Positions 17,286-24,916 of a stretch of DNA of 64,000 nucleotides are shown here, one piece after another; the first letter of the stretch is position 1, and each line of letters starts with the position of its first letter. The notes beneath the pieces are model-generated. The model worked only from the letters and a program-made list of their open reading frames with translations, had not been told where the DNA came from and searched no databases. The stretch is from sequence record NC_019401.1. One strand, written 5' to 3'. The position numbers and the translations under genes were made by a program.

Positions 17286-17321
17286 AAAAGGTTGACTACG
17301 GTCGGCCTTTTTTGTTATACT
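17286..17321 (+). promoter_or_regulatory. terminator-promoter fusion cassette A4
   Basis: AAAAGGTTGAC-TACG-GTCGGCCTTTT; TTGACT-18-TATACT. Confidence 0.75.
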
Positions 17322-17330
17322 TCTTTCATT

Positions 17331-17362
17331 GGCAGATAAGCCGTTAGCCCATTGGGTGCATA
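17331..17362 (+). ncRNA. two-hairpin element E6
   Basis: GGC-AGATAA-GCC, GTTA, GCCCATTGGGTGC; about 55 nt identical to the E7 locus. Confidence 0.55.
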
Positions 17363-17527
17363 GTTGTATCCTTTTTAAGTACTTTCTACTTTGAAAATAT
17401 TATACAAAAACTTGTAATTTCTTCTTGCAGATTAATCTGAATTTGGTATTATATACACATCGAGACGGGGCAACGTCTTAGATAAACTAAGCGAGCGAGA
17501 AAGAAAATGCGGCGTAAATGAATTTAT

Positions 17528-17564
17528 AAAAGGAGTTGACAGCGGTTGACTCCTTTAGTATAAT
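17528..17564 (+). promoter_or_regulatory. terminator-promoter fusion cassette A5
   Basis: AAAGGAGTTGAC-AGCG-GTTGACTCCTTT; TTGACA-17-TATAAT. Confidence 0.7.
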
Positions 17565-17609
17565 CATCCCATTCAAACAAATGTAGTACTTTCTAAAAGG
17601 CATAATATC

Positions 17610-17837
17610 ATGAGAAACATCGTCGAAGTACTGTTTAACGCATCAAGAGAAGTTTCCGAAGAAGAACGCCAGGCTTCCGAAGTCATTAGCGATCTTTGCC
17701 AAAAGCATGAGCTTGTCTTACCTGAACAACTTATGGCTATGAATTACTTTTCAGGTATTGACTTCAATCTGATTGTATCAAAGGTTAGTACTCTTAACAC
17801 GCCGTTGATACCCGAAGCAATGTTTTATACACATTAA
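17610..17837 (+). CDS. hypothetical early protein
   Basis: AAGG RBS, promoter A5. Confidence 0.7.
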   Translation: MRNIVEVLFNASREVSEEERQASEVISDLCQKHELVLPEQLMAMNYFSGIDFNLIVSKVSTLNTPLIPEAMFYTH

Positions 17838-17845
17838 TAAGTAAT

Positions 17846-17882
17846 AAAAGGCTTGACACGTTCGAGCCTTTTTTGTTATACT
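17846..17882 (+). promoter_or_regulatory. terminator-promoter fusion cassette A6
   Basis: AAAAGGCTTGA..TCGAGCCTTTT; TTGACA-18-TATACT. Confidence 0.75.
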
Positions 17883-17891
17883 TCTTTCATT

Positions 17892-17922
17892 GGCAGATAA
17901 GCCGTTAGCCCATTGGGTGCAT
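17892..17922 (+). ncRNA. two-hairpin element E7
   Basis: GGC-AGATAA-GCC, GTTA, GCCCATTGGGTGC. Confidence 0.55.
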
Positions 17923-18055
17923 AATAGTACTAGTACTATAAGAAAATAAAAATATAAATTCAAACGAAAAAAAACTTGCATTCAAATAACAGTACTGGCA
18001 TAATACTTACATGGATTAGGGAATGGCCTTAATCATTTTAAGCGAGAATACTATC

Positions 18056-18631
18056 ATGAAATTCGAAGAACTGAACGAAGAACAAAAAGCTAGAGCAATT
18101 GAAAAACATCGCGATATCAACGTTGACTATGACGAATGGTATGATTTTGTAAAAGAAGAACATCATTCTAAACTGGAAGAAGTTGGTTTTTCTGGTGTAG
18201 AGTCTGCATATTCTGGATTCTGGTCACAAGGTGACGGTGCAAGTTTTACTGCTGATAGCCTGGATATTGAGAAGTTTTTACGTGCAACTAAACGCTGGAC
18301 TTATTATCGTCCGTTGCATGAAATGATCCGTATTAATGAAATATGGGCTAAAGTAGTTCGTACTACTCACCGCTACTGTCACGAAAACACAACTCAAGCA
18401 GAGTTACACGGTGAACATTACCTTAATTTAACATCGCGTCAAGAATCTTTGTATGAAGAACTTGAAAAGGAAATTGATGAATATATCACACGTGCAGGTC
18501 AAGAGTACTATCGCGATCTGAATACTGCATATGATGATTTAACTTCTGACGAACAAGTTAAACTATCAATCATTGCAAATGATATGGACTTTGAAGAAGA
18601 CCCACGTGAATCAGGCATAACTTATCTTTGA
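18056..18631 (+). CDS. conserved MGE protein (family often auto-annotated as antitoxin of toxin-antitoxin stability system)
   Basis: F.EL.EEQK.RA..W..YSGFWSQGDGASF..Y..LTSDEQV..IIAND.DF pattern; start reassigned. Confidence 0.75.
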   Translation: MKFEELNEEQKARAIEKHRDINVDYDEWYDFVKEEHHSKLEEVGFSGVESAYSGFWSQGDGASFTADSLDIEKFLRATKRWTYYRPLHEMIRINEIWAKVVRTTHRYCHENTTQAELHGEHYLNLTSRQESLYEELEKEIDEYITRAGQEYYRDLNTAYDDLTSDEQVKLSIIANDMDFEEDPRESGITYL

Positions 18632-18640
18632 CAAGTACTC

Positions 18641-18678
18641 AAAGGGGATTGACTAGTTCAATCCCTTTGTTGTATAAT
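18641..18678 (+). promoter_or_regulatory. terminator-promoter fusion cassette A7
   Basis: GGGATTGA-CTAGT-TCAATCCC; TTGACT-18-TATAAT. Confidence 0.7.
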
Positions 18679-18698
18679 AACAATACGGAGACAATAGA

Positions 18699-18797
18699 AT
18701 GGTTGAGTATACAACTATCAATCCGGTATATGAAGAAGGGAAAGCAATGAACAAAATTGCTTTATGTTTTATACTTTTTATAGTACTTTTATTATGA
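18699..18797 (+). CDS. possible 32-aa membrane peptide
   Basis: GGAG RBS after promoter A7; MVEYTTINPVYEEGKAMNKIALCFILFIVLLL. Confidence 0.35.
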   Translation: MVEYTTINPVYEEGKAMNKIALCFILFIVLLL

Positions 18798-18945
18798 GAC
18801 TACTTAAACAGCATAGCGAAGTATCTTTGTATAGTAGTATGGGATTGTTTTTAGTATCAAAAGGCCGGACAAAAATAACTTGCAAAAGTGGTGTAACTGC
18901 ATTATACTTCTTTCATCAACTAACCAATATTAAGTGAGTACTGAA

Positions 18946-19278
18946 ATGAGAAAACCTAACGTAGAAATTCTTTGTGATTCACATCACGGAATTTATATTC
19001 CGTCTATCATGATTCAACGTCTGGTAGATAATGGCTGGCGTAACATTCCTGATGATGCAGTTGAAATTCTCAAAGATCCTAATCATGAATGTTATTGGGA
19101 AACGTGGCAAGAAGTACTGGACAATGCTGAATGGCATGATGCAAGTACTAGCCAGGTTTTCAAACTGCATCATGACGGCGATCTGTTTGCAGTATGCCCT
19201 GAAAGTTGTACGCCACAAGAGTATCATCATATCTATGGTGAATATCCTGAATGGTACAACCAGGAAGAAGAAGTATGA
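18946..19278 (+). CDS. conserved phage hypothetical early protein
   Basis: HHGIYIP..YWETWQEVLDNA..HDGDLFA pattern. Confidence 0.8.
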   Translation: MRKPNVEILCDSHHGIYIPSIMIQRLVDNGWRNIPDDAVEILKDPNHECYWETWQEVLDNAEWHDASTSQVFKLHHDGDLFAVCPESCTPQEYHHIYGEYPEWYNQEEEV

Positions 19279-19411
19279 TCCAGTATTGGTGGCTTGAGCC
19301 AGTACTCTATCTGATTGTAGCACTCACCGCATTATATGTAGTTGTTACAATCTTTGGTTAAATTCAAAAAGTACTTGACTCCGGTCAGGTACTTTGCTAT
19401 TATGTATACAT

Positions 19412-19445
19412 AGCAAGAACAATGCTTTAGCCCATAGGGTGCAGC
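19412..19445 (+). ncRNA. two-hairpin element E8
   Basis: TTGACT promoter at about 19375; AGCA-AGAACAA-TGCT, TTA, GCCCATAGGGTGCAG (same hairpin 1 as E5-). Confidence 0.55.
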
Positions 19446-19565
19446 AGTGTAGCTATAGTATAAGGATGTAACTGAAACAAATATAAAGTTAAATGAAAAA
19501 TCCCCTTGCTTTCTTTCTTTCGTGTGGTATACTTTAATTATTGAAACAGAGCGGAGTAGAAAGAA

Positions 19566-19808
19566 ATGGAAAAGTCTGGAATTGAATTTAAAGTCCGTAA
19601 GTGGTCTGAACATGGTGCTCGCCGCCCATTCGACGTGGTAGCACTGGATCACGACAACAACAAACAGCACTACCAGCCAGGCTGCACTTTCAGTACTGAA
19701 GATGGGGCAAAGCGTCATCAGGCAATACTGGAAAAACGTATTAAAGATGTACCAAACAGTATTAAGTTTATTCGTGACTGCTGGCCTGTAGACGGCGGTA
19801 TTGAATAA
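19566..19808 (+). CDS. hypothetical early protein
   Basis: GGAG RBS and own promoter. Confidence 0.75.
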   Translation: MEKSGIEFKVRKWSEHGARRPFDVVALDHDNNKQHYQPGCTFSTEDGAKRHQAILEKRIKDVPNSIKFIRDCWPVDGGIE

Positions 19809-19833
19809 AGATTTAAATAAAGATTCAAATGAA

Positions 19834-19870
19834 AAAAGTACTAGACAAAAACGATTTAGTACTTTATAAT
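19834..19870 (+). promoter_or_regulatory. AGTACT-paired promoter B10
   Basis: TAGACA-17-TATAAT, AGTACT at 19837 and 19858. Confidence 0.7.
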
Positions 19871-19899
19871 TTAAAAACTAAATGAGTGGAGACACGAAA

Positions 19900-20787
19900 A
19901 TGTTAAAATTATACAAAGGTATTAACGGCCTGGCACTGAAATCAAATCGCCCTCTTAACAGAGCGGAACTTCTGGAAGTAGTCCCTTCTATCTTTGCAAT
20001 TGAAGGGCATTCTTCACGTAGCTCCCGTTTCGCACCAGTTGCAACGATTGATGTACTGGATCGCCTGGCACAAGAAAACTACTTTCCGATGTTTGCTATT
20101 CAGTCGCAAACACGCGATGCATCAAAACGCGATTATACTAAACATATGATCCGTTTGCGTCAGCCGGGTAAGCAGGAAGGTGAAGCAAACGAAATCATCC
20201 TGGTAAACGCCAATGATGGCACAAGTGCATATCAGTTGATGGCAGGTCAATTCCGTTTTGTATGTTCTAACGGTTTAGTTATGGGTGATATGTCTCATAA
20301 CACGAAGATCTACCACAAAGGCACTGACATTATGGACGATGTTATTGAAGGTGTTTACACGGTGGTTAAAGACTTTGATGAAATCGAACGCTACAAAAAG
20401 GAAATGAAGCAGATTCAACTTAGTACTGAACAACGCGATTCCTTTGCAATCGCCGCCTATATCATGAAAGAAGGTTTACCGGAAAACGGCGATTGGGCGA
20501 ACGCAGTATATCAGCCACGAGCATTACTTTCTACGAAAGACCTGAACACGCTGGATCGTTATGATAACAGTCTGTACAGTACTTTTAACACTGTACAGCA
20601 ACATATGATGGCTGGTGGGCAACGTGGCTATAATCCACATACTGGCCGCCGTCGCTCAAGTCGTGAAGTAACGAACATCGACAAAAACATTGATCTGAAT
20701 AGTACGTTGTGGCGTACTGCGATGAAAATGGTAGACCAATATAGTCTACTGAAAAACGCAGAACCTGAAGAATTAATTCAGTTCTAA
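19900..20787 (+). CDS. DUF932 (DUF945/YubP-like) protein
   Basis: PSIFA..HSSRS.RF..T..L..E.YFP..QS.TRD..KR.YTKHMIRLR; NANDGTSAYQLMAGQFRFVCSNGLV; LYSTFNTVQ. Confidence 0.88.
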   Translation: MLKLYKGINGLALKSNRPLNRAELLEVVPSIFAIEGHSSRSSRFAPVATIDVLDRLAQENYFPMFAIQSQTRDASKRDYTKHMIRLRQPGKQEGEANEIILVNANDGTSAYQLMAGQFRFVCSNGLVMGDMSHNTKIYHKGTDIMDDVIEGVYTVVKDFDEIERYKKEMKQIQLSTEQRDSFAIAAYIMKEGLPENGDWANAVYQPRALLSTKDLNTLDRYDNSLYSTFNTVQQHMMAGGQRGYNPHTGRRRSSREVTNIDKNIDLNSTLWRTAMKMVDQYSLLKNAEPEELIQF

Positions 20788-20794
20788 GTCAAAT

Positions 20795-20830
20795 TGGGGG
20801 TTGACAACGATTAGCCCCCTAAGCTATACT
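20795..20830 (+). promoter_or_regulatory. terminator-promoter fusion cassette A8
   Basis: GGGGGTTGA..TTAGCCCCC; TTGACA-18-TATACT. Confidence 0.7.
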
Positions 20831-20863
20831 TGCATTTGACAACGTAAACGGAGTAACGGAACC

Positions 20864-21202
20864 ATGAGCATGAATTTTTTCATCATGACCAGTACAACGC
20901 AAGACGGTCACACCGAGTACGGCAAAACTGAATACGTTATCGTAGGTCAGGATAAAGCGGGCCGCCGTTTCCGCCTTGATACTTCTGTATTATACAATGA
21001 CGATAAAACAGACCGTGAATGCCGCGATATTCAAAATCGTCGTATTATGCGTATGCTGCAAAGTATCGCGTATGGTCAGAAGATCGATATGCAATTCTGG
21101 AAAGAAATCGAACCTGCATACGAATCTGAGGCGTTTTATAAGTTAGATACTAAGCAACGCATGAAGATCGAACAGGAACATGTCGATATGTATGGCGTTT
21201 AA
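20864..21202 (+). CDS. hypothetical early protein (paralog of 21787..22134)
   Basis: KTEY.IV....G.R.RL..W.EI.P.Y.S shared. Confidence 0.8.
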   Translation: MSMNFFIMTSTTQDGHTEYGKTEYVIVGQDKAGRRFRLDTSVLYNDDKTDRECRDIQNRRIMRMLQSIAYGQKIDMQFWKEIEPAYESEAFYKLDTKQRMKIEQEHVDMYGV

Positions 21203-21227
21203 CTTATAGTACTGCGTAACGTAATAC

Positions 21228-21258
21228 AAGGGCAACCATTCAACGGTTGCCCTTTTTT
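21228..21258 (+). terminator. intrinsic terminator
   Basis: AAGGGCAACC/GGTTGCCCTT plus T run. Confidence 0.85.
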
Positions 21259-21465
21259 AATTCATTTTTTTTTAAATTAACACTTGACAAATCAAATTTA
21301 ATAATAATTTGTACAAACCTATACACGAGTACTGTACAATTTTTTTATATTTTTCAGATAATTATGTGATGCAAGTTTTGTAAATGATGCTAAGGAACGA
21401 TTGACAGGCATAGGATAATTCCGATACAATAGCCCTAAGTTAACAAGCGAAGCGAGTATAATAAT

Positions 21466-21687
21466 ATGAGTAGTTCAGTTAATAGCAGTGAATTGGAAGC
21501 ATTGAAAATCCGTTGGTATCAATTAGCCATTGAAGGCAAGCCAGTGATCGGCGAAGATGAAAAGTTGTTCAACTCCCTCCCCCGCTACGTTCAAGAGGAA
21601 CTAAAGAAGGCATATCTTTTCGGCGTGAACGATGAATGCGAAACCTGGATGATCCCACAACAAGTAACGGCAAAAGTCAAAAACTAA
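21466..21687 (+). CDS. hypothetical early protein (paralog of 22592..22768)
   Basis: L..L...WY.L..EG..I.G.D..LFNSL....EL..AY..G shared. Confidence 0.8.
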   Translation: MSSSVNSSELEALKIRWYQLAIEGKPVIGEDEKLFNSLPRYVQEELKKAYLFGVNDECETWMIPQQVTAKVKN

Positions 21688-21718
21688 TCCAGTACTATCA
21701 CGCATATAAACATACTCC

Positions 21719-21754
21719 AGGGGGTTGACTTTGGTCAGCCCTTTTTGCTATACT
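21719..21754 (+). promoter_or_regulatory. terminator-promoter fusion cassette A9
   Basis: GGGTTGAC-TTTG-GTCAGCCC plus T run; TTGACT-18-TATACT. Confidence 0.75.
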
Positions 21755-21786
21755 TCTATTACACCAAAGCAAGAGAGTACAAAACC

Positions 21787-22134
21787 ATGTTAGACGTTTA
21801 TATCAGAAGTGATTTAGTATCAGATGGCGTTGATGAATGCGGTACTCCAAAAGAAAAGACAGAGTACTACATCGTAGCAGAATCTGAAACAGGTCAGCGT
21901 ATCAGATTGGAAAATGCTTCTATCGTGAACCGCGATTTTTCCGATGAACAATGTGTCGCGTACTTAGAACCAACAGTTAATAAAATCAAAAATCATTTGG
22001 CTGGTGGCGGTAAACTTAATCCAGATCTATGGTACGAAATCGATCCATGCTACGGGTCACAACGTTACATGGATTTAGATAGTTCTGGCTTCTTCTACCA
22101 CCGCGAGAAACGAGAAGATACCTATCGCAATTAA
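21787..22134 (+). CDS. hypothetical early protein (paralog of 20864..21202)
   Basis: Start reassigned downstream of promoter A9. Confidence 0.8.
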   Translation: MLDVYIRSDLVSDGVDECGTPKEKTEYYIVAESETGQRIRLENASIVNRDFSDEQCVAYLEPTVNKIKNHLAGGGKLNPDLWYEIDPCYGSQRYMDLDSSGFFYHREKREDTYRN

Positions 22135-22336
22135 GTAAACACCAATTCAAGAAAATTTCGAGTACTTGTCAAATCAAATACAAGTATTCGAAAATTTAGT
22201 TTAGTGTCGAGTACTTGTATAAATTTTCGCGTATGCACCAGCGTATACATATATGCACATATAATGCGTAATATGTACTTGCATACGCCTACACATACAT
22301 GTATACTATCATTGTCAACTACAGAGGATCTATATC

Positions 22337-22531
22337 ATGAATGCACAAATTAGACTCTTAGCGAATCAAGTACTGAACAAACGTTACTTGGGCATTGAAG
22401 AAGCAATGGAGCGTATCATCGGCAAATACACTGAACAAAACGCTGATGTACACGCCGCCGTATTCAATGAGATTCAAGATATTCTGAATCCTCATGGTAC
22501 TGGTGAAGATGAAGTTTATTGCGAAAGTTAA
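22337..22531 (+). CDS. hypothetical early protein
   Basis: GAGG RBS. Confidence 0.75.
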   Translation: MNAQIRLLANQVLNKRYLGIEEAMERIIGKYTEQNADVHAAVFNEIQDILNPHGTGEDEVYCES

Positions 22532-22591
22532 TTTGACAACGCGATGTAAGTACTGATATACTTACTACACATTAATCGAGAGGGTAACAAC

Positions 22592-22768
22592 ATGGTACAG
22601 GTAGACTTAGCAGAACTCAGAACTAAATGGTACAACCTGGGGAAAGAAGGTACTGAAATCTCAGGTGATGATGCAGTACTGTTTAACTCCCTCGATCCGT
22701 GGCAAAAGCGGGAACTCCACAATGCCTACGTTGAAGGAACTACGGAAGCCCTTGCAACCGTAGCATAA
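22592..22768 (+). CDS. 58-aa hypothetical protein (paralog of 21466..21687)
   Basis: Not in ORF track. GAGG RBS; MVQVDLAELRTKWYNLGKEGTEISGDDAVLFNSLDPWQKRELHNAYVEG. Confidence 0.8.
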   Translation: MVQVDLAELRTKWYNLGKEGTEISGDDAVLFNSLDPWQKRELHNAYVEGTTEALATVA

Positions 22769-22790
22769 CCCTAACAGGCTATCGTATCAT

Positions 22791-22822
22791 AAAAGTGTTG
22801 GCAAAGTCCAGCACTTTTTTTC
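22791..22822 (+). terminator. intrinsic terminator
   Basis: AAAAGTGTTGG/CCAGCACTTTT plus T run. Confidence 0.75.
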
Positions 22823-22880
22823 GTTTTTAAGCAAATAAATTCCTTGACCTTCCCTGCGATATTTGAGAGAATACCCACAA

Positions 22881-22912
22881 GCCAGAACAAAGGCGTAGCC
22901 CACAGGGTGCAT
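22881..22912 (+). ncRNA. two-hairpin element E9+
   Basis: TTGACC promoter; GCC-AGAACAAA-GGC, GTA, GCCCACAGGGTGC. Confidence 0.55.
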
Positions 22913-22952
22913 AGGCACGTCCAAAATTCAGTACTCAAATTTTAGATAGATC

Positions 22953-22985
22953 TCCACACCCTGTGGGTCAGACCGTTACACCGGT
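22953..22985 (-). ncRNA. two-hairpin element E9-
   Basis: Minus strand TTGCAT-16-TATAAT, then ACCG-GTGTAA-CGGT, CTG, ACCCACAGGGTGTGG. Confidence 0.55.
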
Positions 22986-23167
22986 TTATGTACTTATTAT
23001 ACATCAACCACGGATCAATGCAATACCCTGGAGAAAATAAAATTATAAATTCAAACATAATATTCGCTTGAATTCTTTGTTCAGTTTGATAATATACCTA
23101 GACCAAAACAAACAACGGCAAGACTATACCGCCTAAATCGTCAGGCCGGATTATACCCAAAACCCTG

Positions 23168-23533
23168 ATGGAGTATCAAAAAATGAGATTAAGTGAGCTT
23201 CGCGGTATCCTGACAGTACTGGAATATCAGGCACATCAAAAGGGAAACATTGATCCGCTGGTGGAGTTATTCAGCGTTGAATTAGATGGCGATGTTTTCC
23301 TTACTGTAGATATTAATGCTATCCAGGCAGATCCAGCAGGTCAGTTAACCCCAGGTGGATCTATTCACCTGCCATTAAAAGAAATTACTACTCGTGGATT
23401 CGTGGTAGTGTATGGTGATAAAGGCCGTGAGGATTGTATTGTGATTCAGGCCACAAATAAGAAAGAAGCTGAAAGATTGTTCTTGAAACATTTCAGTACT
23501 TATGAACTGAAAACAATCAACGAAGAAATCTAA
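23168..23533 (+). CDS. hypothetical early protein
   Basis: ORF; start may be ATG 23183 after GGAG. Confidence 0.75.
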   Translation: MEYQKMRLSELRGILTVLEYQAHQKGNIDPLVELFSVELDGDVFLTVDINAIQADPAGQLTPGGSIHLPLKEITTRGFVVVYGDKGREDCIVIQATNKKEAERLFLKHFSTYELKTINEEI

Positions 23534-23545
23534 ATCTTTACAAAT

Positions 23546-23581
23546 CGGGGGTTGACATTAGCCCCCGAAAAATGCAATAAT
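23546..23581 (+). promoter_or_regulatory. terminator-promoter fusion cassette A10 (near-identical to A1)
   Basis: About 50-bp direct repeat of 6541-6592. Confidence 0.75.
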
Positions 23582-23589
23582 ATGATCAA

Positions 23590-23621
23590 GCCAGAAAATT
23601 GGCGTGACCCATAGGGTGCGG
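23590..23621 (+). ncRNA. two-hairpin element E10
   Basis: GCCA-GAAAAT-TGGC, GTG, ACCCATAGGGTGCGG. Confidence 0.55.
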
Positions 23622-23772
23622 AATTGTACCCATAGCTTTTGTAATATAAATTCAAATGAAAAAAGTCCTTGCAAAGCTCATTCGTGTGTATTACTATTAC
23701 CTCATCGAAACAAGAAACGGCAAGACGAATCAGCCGAGAACGTCATGCCCCACTACGCCCAAAGGATTTATC

Positions 23773-24042
23773 ATGAAAGTACAAACATTAATTAAAAAGC
23801 TTTTTGGTGAAAACGCTATCCAGGACTATATGGATACTTTGGACGAAGAAGAACAATATTCAGTTCTTGAATACTATTCAATCCAGCGTAATGAAGATGA
23901 TTCTGAACCAGACTACTTTGTTAAACTATTTGTAGATGGTCTGTACACTATCAAAGATATCAATGGTAATGTGCTTATTCATACATATGAAACACCAGCA
24001 TTAAAAAATAAATTAAAAGTACTTGCACAATCTTCTAACTAA
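23773..24042 (+). CDS. hypothetical early protein
   Basis: AAGGA RBS; start reassigned. Confidence 0.75.
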   Translation: MKVQTLIKKLFGENAIQDYMDTLDEEEQYSVLEYYSIQRNEDDSEPDYFVKLFVDGLYTIKDINGNVLIHTYETPALKNKLKVLAQSSN

Positions 24043-24112
24043 TAGTATCTTATCTGTGTCGGACGGGAACAGGGTTACATAGTGTAACCCGCTCGCTCCA
24101 GGGAGATTTACA

Positions 24113-24406
24113 ATGGCTACTTCTACTCCTTTCGTTAATGTTTCTGTTAACCGTTTTGGCTTCAATATCCTGGACGTTAAAATGAATCTCGTCGGTACTG
24201 AAGAACCAAGACGCCTGGCAATCATGATGGTACTGATGGCTTGCGGTATCACTGACCCACAAGACCAGGCAGATAACATGCAATGGTTAGAAGATAACTA
24301 TACTCAGTCTGTGACTAATCATGAGACTGTTAAACCGGGTCACACGTCCTTCTACCTGAACGATGATCTCGTGTCCTTCACTTATGAAGTGCAGCACGAC
24401 ATGTAA
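24113..24406 (+). CDS. hypothetical early protein
   Basis: GGAG RBS. Confidence 0.75.
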   Translation: MATSTPFVNVSVNRFGFNILDVKMNLVGTEEPRRLAIMMVLMACGITDPQDQADNMQWLEDNYTQSVTNHETVKPGHTSFYLNDDLVSFTYEVQHDM

Positions 24407-24487
24407 TAATATAAAGTACAATAGTACTTGACAAATACGAAAGGCCGCTGTCATAATGATGGCGGCTTACTTTATGGGATTAACTTT

Positions 24488-24688
24488 ATGTTTAATGTGA
24501 TTGGATGTTTAGGCGTCAGTGTTGGACAGGCTGACAGTATTGATATGGCTACGCTGTTAGTACTGCGACAGATAGCAATAGGAGCTAAGAAGGTACGCAC
24601 CATGCGTAACGCTCTCTCACGCCTTACCACAGGGCAGGAATACCACGTGGAATACGGTGGCTCAGGCTGTACCATACGCCGCTTATAA
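24488..24688 (+). CDS. hypothetical early protein
   Basis: The TTG start at 24428 is the -35 box; ATG 24488 preferred. Confidence 0.6.
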   Translation: MFNVIGCLGVSVGQADSIDMATLLVLRQIAIGAKKVRTMRNALSRLTTGQEYHVEYGGSGCTIRRL

Positions 24689-24733
24689 GTGCTTACAGAA
24701 AGGATTTAAGTACTTTTATCTAAGGTCAAAAAA

Positions 24734-24880
24734 TACCTCACGCAGAAAAAAACTAAGCGAGTTTTAATCTGCGTAGGTAATCCATTGACATTTACCAAAT
24801 GAAATAGTTTACCCTGTGATTATATATCGTCAGGGTAAAGGTGCGGTAATGCTTAGCCGAACATAATTCCGGTATTACCT
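24734..24880. other. three consecutive long hairpins at the early/middle boundary
   Basis: TACCT-C-ACGCAGA/TCTGCGT-AGGTA; TTTACCCTG/CAGGGTAAA; GGTAATGC/GTATTACC. Confidence 0.6.
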
Positions 24881-24916
24881 TATACATATAGAACATTCGG
24901 GGAAATTTGGAGAACT

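Noticed and set aside
21466-22768. Ribosome modulation factor homology of the WY.L..EG...AY..G pair
   Set aside because: Only a vague helical pattern; RMF CPY and GW motifs are absent
3771-23621. CCCAYAGGG repeats as a CRISPR array or repeat-mimic anti-CRISPR RNA
   Set aside because: Copies are dispersed at irregular kb distances on both strands with no spacer periodicity and no cas genes; they do not match the I-E or I-F repeat sequences I recall
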